Assembly (NCBI RefSeq): GCF_000400465.1
Contig: NW_008806281.1
Location: forward strand, 20,001 to 82,000
Reading direction: 5' to 3'
DNA length: 62,000 bases
From: Wallemia ichthyophaga EXF-994
Taxonomy: Eukaryota > Fungi > Basidiomycota
This document shows, piece after piece, positions 36,047-49,500 of the stretch; the first letter of the stretch is position 1; each line of letters starts with the position of its first letter. The notes beneath the pieces are model-generated. The model did not search any database. It saw only the letters and a program-made list of their open reading frames with translations, and had not been told where the DNA came from. A program made the position numbers and the translations under genes.

Positions 36047-39000
36047 ATGCTCGATGATTTCGTACAGCACCCGAACGAAGCGAGCGGAGTAAAATCCCAG
36101 AAGATGGTAGATGATAATGGCTGGCAATCAGATCCAAACGTGCAGGCGAGTGCGTCATCTCAGCGTGTTCCCTGGCTAACAGCACAGCAGTTGCTGGAGA
36201 TAGAGCACCAAGCCCCGCAAGAAGCTGGAGATGGAATGTTTGAGCTTACGCAGGTTCAATTCACTCCGCCGTCGCACATTGTTCATCTCACCGTTATCAA
36301 CAACTTGATATACATTCTCCTCGAATCGGCGCAGATACTGCGAATAAATCTGCTGCAGGCGGATGTGATAGACAGCATACAGGTGCAAGTACAGGCTATC
36401 TCTCCCAGTGCACGCATCTACGCAGACGCTTCACTCAGGCACTTGCTCCTGGTAGACACCACCGTGCACTACATCCAACCAGACAACAAACGCTCGAAGC
36501 AGCTCCCCAAGATGTCCAAACTCACGCCCAGCTGTGTTCATTTCGTCAACTCGAGGCAGTCGCTCTCCTCGGCTCTTGTTCTCGCAGGCACAGCCGAAGG
36601 CTCAGTGTATCAGGCAGTGATCAACCCAAATCCCTCAGATATTTTCAGAAAGAATAGCGAAGAGCGCCACCTGAAGCAACTTTTCTCGTTCAATGAACCC
36701 ATCGTCGAAATCAATTCACATGTCTACCCAGACCGCAAGAGTGCTCTCGCGATAGTAGTCACCAGATCGCGACTGTACACGTTCATAGGACCATTCGGTA
36801 AGATAGACAATGATGGTGGTGTTGGCCTCGAGACGGTTTTCTCACAGTCGCCCTTCTCCATAAAGATCACAGACGGTGCAGATGCAGGTGCGCATACACA
36901 TACACTTGAGTCGCATGCATCTTTCTACTACAACACCACCAATCGCAGCCCACACACGCACAGCCCGCGCGCTCTGTCGTGGCTATGCGACAGATCGCTC
37001 TACAACGCGTGGCTGGACACGGAGACGCGTAATGCGGAGAAAGTTTGCGCAGGTGCGACGCTCACAGAGGTAGAGGGCGGAGTGCGAGGGGTGCTTCTCA
37101 CCGCATACCACTGTCTATGTCTGTACAATGGCGCGATCAAGGCATACCGCATTCTCGACGGGGCCGTTGTGTGGGATGAGCAAATACCCAAGGGTATTAG
37201 GGGGATGGCGCGCGACAATTTCCACCACACACTCTGGCTTTACTCTGACGACGCCATTTACGAACTTACCATCACTGATGAAGACCGCGATATCTGGAAA
37301 GTCCATCTGTGTAAACGTGACTTTGAAAAGGCGTTGCGAAGCAGCAAGAGCGCCGTCGATCGTGATGTCATTCTCGGAAAGGAGGCTGATCTTTACTTTG
37401 CTCAAGGCAAGTTTATCCAATCGGCTCAGATTTACGCCCAGTCTACGTCTAAACCATTCGAGAGCGTTGTGCTGCAGTTTGTGGAGGTCGACGAACGCGA
37501 CGCTCTCAGATACTACCTAAGCGCTAGATTGGAACGCAGTAAGAAAACTGAATTGACTCAGCGAATGATGCTCGCTACGTGGTTGCTGGAAATATACCTC
37601 GATAAACTCAATCAGCTCGACGATCTTATTAGCGAAAATACCAACGAGGATGCAGAAAATGCCAGAATGGAATTAGAGATGATGATGGATGATGTCAAGG
37701 TGTTTATCAAAACGTATAAGCAGAATTTGGATAAGAATGTGGTATATAAAAGTCTCAAACTTCACGCTAGACTTGATTTGCTGCTTGAGTTTGCGACGTG
37801 CATCGACGATTACAAAGTCATACTCGAACAACACTCGTATCATTGCAGATGGCGAGATATACTGCATGTGCTGGCAGGACAGGTGGGTATTTATCAGCAC
37901 ATGCATTACCACTAAACAAGTCCACATAAGTCTGATCTCGAGCTTCACTACAAGTACGCACCAAGACTGCTGCGCGAGGCTACGCAGCATACCGTCGAGA
38001 TATGGAAGCGGGAGCCCAGACTAGATTTGAAGCGGCTGATACCATCTCTAATACAATGTGAGAAACTTTCCAAGGAGAGCAGAATGCATGCAACGAAGTA
38101 CATGGAATGGAAACTTGATTATGACAGCGTGGACGAACCTATAGCGTACAACGTGTACATTACACTACTCTCCAAAGACGAAGAAAGGGAAGAAGAGCTA
38201 GTAGAGTATCTCAAACGAACGACGACAGCTAGATTTGATATGGATTTCGCTCTCCGTCTGTTTCATAAACGTGGACTTAAGAGGGCTACAATACAGATGT
38301 ATGCGCTAATGGAGCTGTTCGACAGCAGCGTAGATCTTGCTATCGAGAGCGGAGATCTAGATTTAGCTACGGTGTATGCGGATAAACCGGCAGACGATCC
38401 AATCTTGCGCAAGAAATTATGGCTCAGGATAGCAAAGGTGATAGTGCAGGATCGGAGGGATATAAAGAGGTGTGTGTTTGAGAGTTTATACTATTTAACG
38501 AAACTAAATCACTCAGTGCGATGCAGTTCCTCGAAGGATCAGATGTGCTGCAGTTGGAAGACATACTTCCATTCTTCCCTTCGTTCGAAGTAGTGGATGA
38601 CTTTAAGGAGGAGATATGCAACGCATTGGATAGGTATTCATCGCGAATTGAGCAATTGTCGACGGAGATGGACGAGACAGGACATACATCACAACGCATC
38701 AAGGGTGATATGGATAAACTCAAGGATAGAAAAGTGGTCGTTGCTGCAGATGAGAAGTGCGCCATATCAGGGAAAGCGATAAGAGGGAGTGAATTTTACG
38801 TGTTCCCAACGCAGCGCGTGTATAGGGTGGATGCGCTGATCGAGAAGGTAGCGACATACGCAAAGCCAGAGACGCTACGGAGGATCGTAGAGTTGCAGGC
38901 GGAGATAGAGGGAGTGAAAAACATGCATCAAGCGAAACCAACCAAGGCAGGATTTAGTGGAGAGAGGCTTAGGGAGTTGGTGGTGCCTTCGACAATCAAT

Positions 39001-39159
39001 CAGATATTTAACACGAACAACAAGACATCTAAGAGGAAGGATGTGGTTAAGCTGCGGAAAGAGCTCGATGAGATACTGTCCAAGTCAGATCCGTTGGTGG
39101 AAGAGAGCGTGGTGAACGTAGACAAGCCATTCAGAAGGAATGAAAAGTGGGAGATATGA
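36047..39159 (+). CDS. PEP3: HOPS/CORVET subunit Vps18/Pep3 (spliced)
   Basis: Beta-propeller N-half, then RDIWKVHL, FESVVLQF, QRMMLATWLLEIYL, KKLWLRIAK, LQLEDILPFFP, and a degenerate RING-like C-terminus. Confidence 0.92.
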
Positions 39160-39276
39160 AATGACGAATGAATAGCAAGAAAAAATAAAAATAAAACATT
39201 TTTATAATTTTTGACGTTTACCTGTGAAATATAAGTGTTGTGTTGTTGATCTCGTACCCTAAACGTGAAAGTGAAA

Positions 39277-41142
39277 ATGGATGAAGAATTATTCCCTGTG
39301 GCATTGCTGCTTGATGAATTGAAGTGGGTAGATAATCACTTTAACCAATTAGAAAGCTTAGAGCAATTACAGATCTGACGACGTTACATTGCGCCTAAAT
39401 GCTATTCACAGAATATCAACAATCGCTTTGGCACTTGGCCCAGAAAGAACGCGTGATGAGCTCATTCCTTTCTTGCAAGATTCCCTCGACGACGAAGATG
39501 AGGTTCTCCTCGCTTTAGCCGAGGAATTGGGATCTTTCACTGAGTACGTAGGTGGAAAGGAATACGCGCATGTAACGCTCTCACCGCTGGAGTCATTGGC
39601 TGGTATGGAAGAGACGCTTGTCAGGGATAAGGTGGGTTACTCTGGCGGTTTATACGCCAGCAGCTCACCCACACTCAAAAACAGGCTTCAGAATCCATAA
39701 ACAAAATCGCTACAGATTTGTCTAGCGAGCAGGTGGAGACTGACTACCTCCCACTTCTCCAACGACTTACCAATGGTGACTGGTTCACTCCACGTACCTC
39801 TGCTTGCGCTCTCTTCGCTTCAGTCTACCAAACCGCAAATGAAAGTACGCGCAATGAGCTCCGTGGACTTTTTAAGAAACTCACAAACGACGATACTCCA
39901 ATGGTTAGAAGATCCGCTGCTAAGAATCTTGCTGGTTTCATAAACGTCCTTGAGCCGAATGAAATTTTCTCTGAATTCATCGACGTTTATAAGAAATTAG
40001 CCATTGATGATCAAGACAGCGTTAGATTGCTCACCGTAGAAGCATTGATCACAATCATGAAGAAGCTAGACAAATCTCAAGTTAACTCTGAGCTCTTGCC
40101 TTGTGTTCGAGCTGCATGCAACGACGCTTCTTGGAGAGTTAGATTCATGGTTGGCCAGAAGTTTGTTGAAATGGCTGAATGCGTCAATCAAGATATCATT
40201 CGTGATGAATTGGTACAGGCTTTCGTTAACTTGTTAAAGGATAATGAGGCAGAAGTTAGAACTGCGTCCGCTTCTCAAATACCTGGCGTCGCTAAATTTG
40301 TTGATCAAGAAATAGTTTTGGCAAAGATATTGCCCGTTGTGAGAGATATTGCAGGTGATCAATCACAACATGTTAGAGCAGCCGTTGCGAATGAATTATC
40401 AGGATTAGCACCATTATTGGGTAAAGATGAAACAGTTGAAAACGTTTTACCAATTTTCCTTCAACTTTTGAAAGATGAATTCCCAGATGTTAGATTAAAC
40501 ATCATTTCAAGACTTGATAAGGTGAATGATGTGATTGGTATTGATTACCTTTCAAAGGCATTACTACCCGCAATCTTTGAGTTAGCAGAAGATAAACAAT
40601 GGAGAGTTAGACAAGCAATAATTGAGTATATACCACTTTTAGCAAAACAATTAGGCGTAGAATTCTTCAATGAGCAATTGGGTAACCTTTGCATGTCATG
40701 GTTGGGTGATACAGTATTCTCAATAAGAGATGCAGCGACTATAAACTTAAAAAATTTGACAGAAGTGTTTGGATCAGATTGGGCATCACAAACGGTAGTA
40801 CCAAAGGTGGTAGCAATGGGAAATCACTCCAACTACTTATACAGAATGACGACAGTATTTGCGATAACGACAATGTCACCTGCATTACAACCAAAAGTGA
40901 TTCAAGAGCAAATATTAACGATAATATTATCATTAACGACAGATGCAATTCCAAATGTTCGATTCAACGTTGCAAAATGTTTAGAAGTATTGAGTGGAAA
41001 CCTACAACAAACACCAGAAGGACAAGAAGTAATCCAAAGAGAAATTTTACCTGCGGTGGACAAGCTGAAAGAGGATCCAGATGCAGATGTGAGGTACTTC
41101 TCAAATAAAGCAATTGAGTCAATTACAGGTGTTAAAAACTAA
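39277..41142 (+). CDS. TPD3: Protein phosphatase 2A scaffold (A) subunit, HEAT repeats
   Basis: [72 protein letters not shown]. Confidence 0.97.
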
Positions 41143-41232
41143 TTATAATTGTAATTAACGATTTAACTTTTTTATTTGATTGAGTCATCGAGTCATCATC
41201 TAGTTATTGAGTCTGTCAATACCGTGATCACA

Positions 41233-42876
41233 ATGGATTCAAACGAAGTGATCACGCTTGATCACGCAGAGCCCAGCCATTCATCATCGCCGTTAAATAG
41301 ATTACAGCAGTCACCTTCACATTCCAGCCTCGGTGTTTCAAAGTTGCTGTCACTGCCCGCTATCAATCTCAGTCTACACTCGTCTATAGTGTTTCTACAT
41401 CCACGACTCAACGATAACAATGAGGACGATGATGGCAGTGTTAGTCTACCACCACCTTCTTCTGAAGATGAGGATGTTATCCGAGGTGTGGTTGAGCTTT
41501 ACCTGCCATCATCACGTAAAATACACGGGATAGAAGTTAGGTTAATTGGATCTCAATGTATTAACTTCCCGAGTGGTGCATACGAGACTTTTCCAGTTCT
41601 CGACAAGTTTGTCGAGATAGATAAGACTTATTTGGAGAAAGGCACGCATAAATTTGAGTTTTCAATTATTATTCCATCTTCAACGCCGGGGTATGAGAGG
41701 TGCGCCTATGGGCGGGTGTACTACTATGTACGAGCCAAAGCGATAAGTGCAGGACCGCTCGGATTTGATTTAACGGATTCGAGGGAGGTGCTACTCGTTA
41801 TTAACCCCAATCCTGAAGGAGAACCGAGTGGATTGAGCTGGCACCACGATCAGATAATCGACGGTCTTGGAGCTATGTCTATAGATGTAGAATCTACCCA
41901 TCTTACTATCGGCGGACCTGTTCATTTACGCCTCCACCTCCACGAACCACCAAAGGGCGCCACGTTGCATTGCATCAATGTGTCGTTGCTGCAATATATC
42001 ACTCTGCGCAATAGAGATAGGAGTAAGGAGGAGAAAGCACCGGCTGTAGCTGTGAAATTCTTTCAACTTGGTTCGAGGAAACACGAGCCACTGCTCAGTC
42101 CATATGAGGAAGTGGACGAGGATGGATGGAAGCATGAGTGGATAGGCAGACTACCTGACGACGACCACGCCCGTCCGAGCACAGTCAAGACCAACAAAAC
42201 ATCCATCATCATCTCACATCAGTTGCTAGTACAGATATTCGTCACACCGTCCAACCTAGACGGAGAGCACGTGCGCGATAAAGATGATAAATCGCAGATG
42301 AAAGTTATAAGCATACGTAGACCTATCTTCGCCAGTAGCTGCTGCGTGAGTCTCGACTCAATCACACTGCCCGCTTATGAAGAGGTTGCACCCAGTCAAG
42401 ATGTAATGTACGAGTGTGCATGTGGTCAGCCGTTGAAATCACTTATTGCTAAAGAAACAGCGGTACCGCAAACGGGATCGGGTGGGGTAATGTCAATGTC
42501 AAGTGGTGGCATGCATGGTGGTATGCCAGGCACATCTGATCTCAGTAATGCTCTGCTACCTATCGCACAGGAGCAGGAAGATGAAGAGAAGGCGAGACTG
42601 GCTAATGAAGATGGCAGACAGGGTAGAACTCATGCGCGATTCGCTGATAATTATGTTAGCAGACAGCAGTCGAGAGATAGCTCCCTTAATAGAAACACAC
42701 GCTCTAGGTCACGCCCTTCATCCATCACATCGCCATGTATAGAACCCTCACCGTCGTCACAGTCACTCTCACGTGAAGCTAGATCTAGATCAAGGAATTG
42801 GTTCAAGCGCGCCACTTCAAGATCTACCTCAAGAGCTAACAGTAGAGCTCCTTCACCGGCTAGACGTAATTCGTAA
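41233..42876 (+). CDS. Alpha-arrestin (arrestin-related trafficking adaptor)
   Basis: IRGVVELYL, LEKGTHKFEFSIIIPSSTPGYERCAYGRVYYYVRA, an LPAY (LPxY) motif and a Ser/Arg-rich tail. Confidence 0.8.
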   Translation: MDSNEVITLDHAEPSHSSSPLNRLQQSPSHSSLGVSKLLSLPAINLSLHSSIVFLHPRLNDNNEDDDGSVSLPPPSSEDEDVIRGVVELYLPSSRKIHGIEVRLIGSQCINFPSGAYETFPVLDKFVEIDKTYLEKGTHKFEFSIIIPSSTPGYERCAYGRVYYYVRAKAISAGPLGFDLTDSREVLLVINPNPEGEPSGLSWHHDQIIDGLGAMSIDVESTHLTIGGPVHLRLHLHEPPKGATLHCINVSLLQYITLRNRDRSKEEKAPAVAVKFFQLGSRKHEPLLSPYEEVDEDGWKHEWIGRLPDDDHARPSTVKTNKTSIIISHQLLVQIFVTPSNLDGEHVRDKDDKSQMKVISIRRPIFASSCCVSLDSITLPAYEEVAPSQDVMYECACGQPLKSLIAKETAVPQTGSGGVMSMSSGGMHGGMPGTSDLSNALLPIAQEQEDEEKARLANEDGRQGRTHARFADNYVSRQQSRDSSLNRNTRSRSRPSSITSPCIEPSPSSQSLSREARSRSRNWFKRATSRSTSRANSRAPSPARRNS

Positions 42877-42952
42877 AATGTATTTGTAGATTTTAGTTTA
42901 AATATCCACGCATAGCATATTGTAATGTAATCGTTTTACTCGAGTGCTATAG

Positions 42953-43824
42953 TCACTGTGGTATAGTAATGACTTGCATGCCTATCCACTGACAATTAGG
43001 TTCAAGGGAGTAAAAGTCATTGACGTGTCCAGGTTCAACGCAAACGAATTGATTCCAACCGTTTTTGTGCATATCTGACATATTCTTTGCGCTTTCCTGA
43101 GGAGTGTGTTAGAGAAAGACGGATGAAAGGCACTCCATCACCAACTTACACTCGGATTCCACACAACAGTGTCTGGAAAGTTGTGTTTGCGAATTTTAAC
43201 GCCATTTGAGAGTTGCAAGTGGTCGTTAGTAGAGAGGTATACCGAGTCAGTGAGATTGTTTGCATGAACAATATCGCGTGATTCGATCACTTTGTTACTT
43301 GAAGCTGTCTTATCGAGGTAAGTGGCACCATTCAATCCAATAACGCCGACGTTGTGTGGGTTAGCGAGGTGATAAGTGTGGAGTAGAGCCTGGAAGGGGA
43401 GAGACTGAGTGGATGAAGGGTTGTGGACGTGAAGGGTGGAGGTAAGTTGATGGGCGGAGAGAGTGACAGTGTAAGTGAGAGTAGCTGGAGGGAGTTGAGG
43501 AGGGGAGTTGAGTGATAGTTTGATAGAGACACCGTCGTCGGAGTCCATAATCGGGCCATCGTAAGACCAATTCGAAATACGGGCGTAACCGTGTTGAGGG
43601 AGTTGTTTGTAAGGGCCATCAGAGGGAGGTTTACCGAAAATAGGGAATGCAATTGGTATACCGCCTCTAATTGCTTTATTGGGTTGACAGTTGTTTGATA
43701 AGAATAAGAGTTGGTTACCGTGGGAGTCCTTAAAGGAGGTGATTGTGGCACCCAGTGTAGACACAGTGGTTGAGTTGCCGGTAGAATGAATTAAATGGAT
43801 TTTATCATTCTCAAGTGAAATCAT
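42953..43824 (-). CDS. Glucose-6-phosphate 1-epimerase (aldose 1-epimerase family, YMR099C-like)
   Basis: AIRGGIPIAFPIFG, QHGYARISNW, QALLHTY, DTVVWNP. After an intron the last exon reads MSDMHKNGWNQFVCVEPG...TIPQ*. Confidence 0.88.
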
Positions 43825-43845
43825 TCTGATTCTTATTCAATTACA

Positions 43846-46433
43846 ATGGTGGTTGAAGATGAAGAAGTAAACAAAAAGCTGGGAATGTTGACAGTGGATG
43901 CACTAAAGAATATTATTAGAAGTTTAAATTCGCATTTAAAATTAAAACTCAGATTATCTGGCAATAAATCTGATTTCATTGATAGAATTGAGGACACTGT
44001 TGATCATTATAAGTTTAATAATAAAGCCAATTGGGATATTACAAGGGATATTATAACCCAGATTTTCAACACTGGTACTTATTCACGGCCTGCTAATGGT
44101 TCTGGTCCGAGGCAGCAACCACAGCAGCCACAGCAACCACAGCCACCAGTACAACCACAACCAAAACCACCTACACACCCTTCCCTCACCTGGAAAACAA
44201 ACCCCTTTCAATCCATTATCAAGCAAATTTCCCACGTCGCTGTCCTCAACGAAGCCAGAGACAGATCCCTTAGAAGTGCCCTATTGGAGTTTAAAATCCC
44301 ACCCGACTACTCCCAGCAACTTTATCAATCTAGAATTGTCCCCTCAAACCCCGTCCGTCATCAACTCAGAATCTACGCGGCTTCCTCTGACTTTTACAAG
44401 CCCCCCCTCTTCGATCAACCCCTCCCAATCGATTTTCCCGTTCTTTGCGACCTTAAAATTAACGGAAACCCTCTCAAATCAAACACAAGAGGCGTTAGGA
44501 ATCAACCTGGCACCGCTGCTCCTCCCAACGCTGATTCTGATAAATCCCTTCGCATCTCTCCAAACGCTTCAAACACCCTTGAAGTCGTTTATAGAGATAC
44601 TAACAAGAAACATTACATTGTCATTAACCTCGTCGAGCAATACAGTTGTGATCATTTGGTTAACTTGGTTAAACAGCAACCTCAAATTCCTTCTTCTGAT
44701 GTCTTAGATAAGTGTAAGTGAAGATTGTCACCCCACTCCATCCATCTCTTAGCCCTTTCACAGACCGTTCAATGCAAGATAACGACGATGTCGTCGCAGG
44801 TGCTTCCACACTCAGCTTGAAATGTCCCATCGGTTTCTTCAGAATGAACACTCCAATACGTCCAACCTCCTCTCAATCTCTTCAATGTTTCGATGCCATG
44901 TCCTTCTTTTCTATCAACGAGCAACTACCAACTTTCACCGACCCTTCATCAAAGAAACCAATCAAGTTCAACGATCTTGCAGTCGATCAATACACGTACG
45001 ACATACTCCAAGCCATCCCACAAGATTACGGTAGTGTGATTGTTGAACCAGACGCTGAATGGCACACTGAAGATGGCAAATACGGTTCAGATGCATGGAT
45101 GGCTGCAAAATTGGCTAATAACACATCTCATCCTTCTCACGACAAGCAGTCAACTGACAAGTCAGAAAGTTTAATCAAATCGGGTAAAAAGGTTAAAAAG
45201 GAAAAATCTGCTGAAATTCTTAACCTTTCCAGTGACGATGAGGAGACTGATCATAGTGCTGTTGCCGCTGGTTCGTCTAATCAACCACCTTCAATCACTC
45301 CCCAGTCACGTCAAAAGCTGCCAAAACAACAGGTCATTGATTTGACACTGTCGTCAGATGATGAGGGTGATCAAAGGGTGAATCCAAACAATACTGGTGA
45401 TGAAACTCGAGATACTACAAACACCCAAGATACAACCAACACTCAACATACTCCCAAAGCCCAAGATCCTGCTCAAGAAACAACCGCTCACAACTCCCTC
45501 AAGAGGAATAGAGAAGAGGAAGAGGAGAGTGCGAATGAGTGTGAAAAGAGGAGGCTGATTGAAAATGGTAATGCGGTTAGTGTGACTGAGAATGGTAATG
45601 GTGGTGTTGGTGGTGGTACTAATGCAGTTACACCAAATCCATCGAGCAATTTGCAGTCGCCAGCAGTAATTGAAAGACCACCTAGTGCAACACAAGATAT
45701 CCCACCAGCAATACAGCAAGCACAAGAAGAAATGCCATCACAGAGCAATACGCATATACAAAATGAGGTGCCTCTCAATCAACCAGAAAGGTCACCAAGT
45801 GTGCAAAAGTATAGATCCCAGAGCGATGTGCAAGATACGCCACATTACAATAACAGTCCCAGTAATATTCACAGTCTTAATAATCTGCCAGAAAGGCCAC
45901 TGGGCAATCCACCTGTCAGACACGTATCAGCACCACAAACTTCCTCTATTTCGTCGCTGGTATTGCCAAATTCTGGCCCACCAGGAGCAGCACCAGCAGC
46001 ACCATCACCGCCACGACCATTGACACCACAACTCCAATCTAGGAACTCGAGTATTGCGACTATGACAAGGCCGTCAATTAGCTACCAGCAACCCCAACCA
46101 TATAGACCATACTCAATTGCTGGTTTGGCACATACGCAGCATCCACCGCTGGATATGACAGCCCAGACGGCACAAGAGCCAATACATCAACCTATACATC
46201 AGCCTCGATTCGGCGGTTTACAACCCATACTAAATACTCAAGTTCCGCAAGTATCGCAAGTACCACAAGTGCCGCAAGCACCCCAATCTCCGCAAGTACC
46301 ACAAGCTCCGCAAGCTCACCACGGACTTCCCCTGCCTAGACCGACATACGCTAAACCTCCTACGAATCCAATCTACAGACCACCGTCGCAACGCAACGGC
46401 AATGGCAGCGCTAGCAACTACAAGACGTGGTAG
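43846..46433 (+). CDS. SIZ1: Siz/PIAS-family SUMO E3 ligase-like protein (SAP, PINIT, atypical SP-RING, Pro/Gln-rich tail)
   Basis: SAP-like LTVDALKNIIR...LSGNKSDFIDRI; PINIT-like IDFP...NTRGVRNQPGTAAP; LSLKCPIG...LQCFDA; SIM-like VIDLTLSSDDE. Intron at 44714-44763. Confidence 0.85.
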
Positions 46434-46539
46434 TGGTAGCGTTTCAGCGTGTTAGCGCGTCTGAGCAAATAACACGTCTAATTATTTAATTCCTTTGTTG
46501 TATTGTAGCTGTAAATGATAAGCTTATCGGTTGACGGTC

Positions 46540-49500
46540 ATGTTCGATTCATTCCCCGATATATTTGGTGGTAACGGTAGTGGCGGCGGCGGCGGCAGTG
46601 GCAGCAGTAGACACAAAGACGAAAGAAAAGCGAGAAATAGAGATGAAGATACACGCAGGCAGAGAAGGCACAGCGATAGAGATAGAGACAGGCAGCGGCG
46701 TAAGAGGAGGGAACTAGAGCGATACAATGAGGATTACGACAATAATCGATCGATTTCAAATACCACCGACTTCCGCCCACCAAAGCTCACTCACGACGAT
46801 AAGCGTTTCTTCTACACAAGCTCATTTCCTGAGAATAACCTTCTTCTTCTTGAGGGTCCTGAAATATCTACCATTCCGCGATATCGACGCTCTGGGCGTG
46901 AGTTTACTTACGGAGTTTCTGTCATGGTGCGTATGTGCTAACAATGCAATCCAACAGGCGGAAGAGTACTAGGCTTGCCTAGAGATATGCGCATTAGTGA
47001 AAAGGTGCATTACACGACGCGCAACATTATCCTCCCGTCTTCCAATGCATTGCGATCGCTGCGATCATCCAAGACACGTATGCCTGCACCCGAAAGCGAC
47101 GTGAGGCGGATAAGGTGTTCGAATAGTGACCTAAAAACAGGAGATGATTTCGTACCTGTTGTAAGTGATCGCAGGAAGGCTAAAGAACGAGAGGCGCATC
47201 AACGTGGCTTCCTCACGCTCGATGTGGACTATAGGGGAGTGAAAGGACCCTCAAAACCTGGCGCTATCGATGAGGATGTACACCCTTCTTACAGCGATGA
47301 CAGTAGCGAAGAAGACTCCAACAACACAAGGTACAACGACACACTCAACAAACGAATCGAATGGGATAGATATCTCAAAGCCTCCCCACAAGACGTGCAG
47401 GGTTGGTTGGATTATGTTGATTTTCAAAGCGATATTGTCACCCATCAGCATAACGAATTCAATAGAAAAACTGCTCAGAACGTCGTCTTGGATTTACAAT
47501 ACCAGGTGCTCGACAAGGCGCTCTCGCATCAGCCGCGCAATTTGGATCTAGTCGTAAAGAAGCTGCAATGCGGTGCGAAGGGATCGCGCGAGGGTTTGGG
47601 AAAAGATTTCAGAATTGCCATTCACAACCACAAAGGCAAGCCTGGTGTGTATAGAATATGGAAAGCTTACATAGACTACGCTCAATGTTACGCTTCAATC
47701 ATAGCACCTGGGGAATTATTCCCTAATGAGTACGACAGCTTGTGCTCATTCGAGATTGTGTCCAGGATTTATATGGACGCTTTTCGTGATTTGATTGATA
47801 TGTCTGATCTGACTCATCTGGCTGATATTGCAGCTGAAGACAACCTTCTTCAACTCTTCTTCAGATACTGCTCATTCCTCTTAAGCGCAGGATACACTGA
47901 ACGTGTATACTCCCTTTACCAAGCAATGTTTGAACTTAATTTTAGAGGCGTCCATCTGAACAAGCTTGGTGAGCTGTGGTATGACTACAAGTATAGGCGT
48001 GTTGGGGACGAGCTGACTGATGCTGAGGACGTTTATCAATTAGAGTACCCCACACACCCCAACTTTCAGCTGGAGGAGTGGCATGAGTACGAGAAATTCA
48101 ACGATGACATTGACAACGCTTTCCCTGTCGCTGGCGAGCAGAATAATAGTGATGATCCGTTTAGGAATGTTATATGGGAAGTTGACTTGTTACCATACCT
48201 GTTCAGCCTGCGTGGCTATAGCAGCAGAATGAGGCTAGCTGATAGCTTGCTAAATGTCTTTGGTATAGGTGTTGCTCTTAGCGGGTTGAACACGAATCAC
48301 CCTCTTCTCCATGACTCCCTGTTGCAGGGATCATCCAATTACAACGAGTTTTTTGAAGATAGCAGTCACTTATCCTTCAATCAACCGCAATACGTCAACA
48401 CACTCTTCCCATTCAGTGATTGTCCAACTATAATTCACAACGAGCATTTGGGAAATTTGCAGAGGATTATAGATGATTTGGGCATAACACATTTACAGAT
48501 GTTGCTATGTAAAGACGACAATCGCAAACTCAAACACTTGCTCGCGGCAAACCCTGACAAAAAGGATCTATACGATATATACGCAAGGATCCAATACGGC
48601 AAGGGTAAAATAGAAGCTGCTAGAAAGGTCTACAGCGAATGTCTGAAAGGTACAGGTGATGATGAGACCAACAAAGTCAAATTATGCTACAGTTGGTCGC
48701 ATATGGAGTTGGTGCAAGGTAATCGGAATGCTGCTCTGAATGTCTTGTGTGATGGTATTACCGTTGGAGTCGTCGATGATGGTGAGTTAGGTGATAGGCT
48801 GGTATTGATTATCCTGACTAAAACGTCTTAAGTCACTAGAGAGCAGAGTTCAATTAACATACTTAAAGCTCGCAAATTGTGGTCTTCGCAAGATTCATCA
48901 GCAGCTTTTGAGGCTGTCAGCTGTCGTGCTCTGTTTGAACTTCTCGTCAGCAGCTCGGTAGATAAAGCCGTGTCTATTTATGAGGAGTCACTGAAAAATC
49001 TTGACAAGCCATCATACGCTCATGAAGTGCTAACGTCGGAGCTGGTGCGTTTTGTTGATGCGCTAGATAAGTTGCATGACGCAGATAGATCTGTGCAGTT
49101 ACCATCGACCAGCACCACAAAGCGTATACTTAGAGGCGCTATCAGTGAATATCCCTACAATAGCTTCTTTAGCTACTCATACTACACTGCCAAAACTAAG
49201 CTCGATGGATATAGGCAGCTGTTTGACGAAGAAGTAGCCGAGAATGCACATTCGGTGGTTTACATACAAGCCGTGATGAACATTATGGATAAGAAAAGAG
49301 TTAGCAATACATCCTTGTTGAATCGGGTGAGGAGGGTGTTTACGATGGGCACTCTATCGCAGGATGCGCAACACTCTGTCGCGCTTTGGAAGCTATACTT
49401 TCAGTTCGAGTGGCATGTTGCAAGCGATTATAAGTTAGCCGAGCAGGTGATAATCAACAGTCTTAGATATTGCCCGTGGTCGAAACAGCTCCACATGCTG

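Noticed and set aside
42950-43090. Two hairpins ending in an ACA triplet plus A/B-box-like words on the plus strand, suggestive of an H/ACA snoRNA or Pol III gene
   Set aside because: There is no ANANNA hinge and no cloverleaf. The segment is fully explained as the last coding exon of the minus-strand epimerase (..FVCVEPG..).
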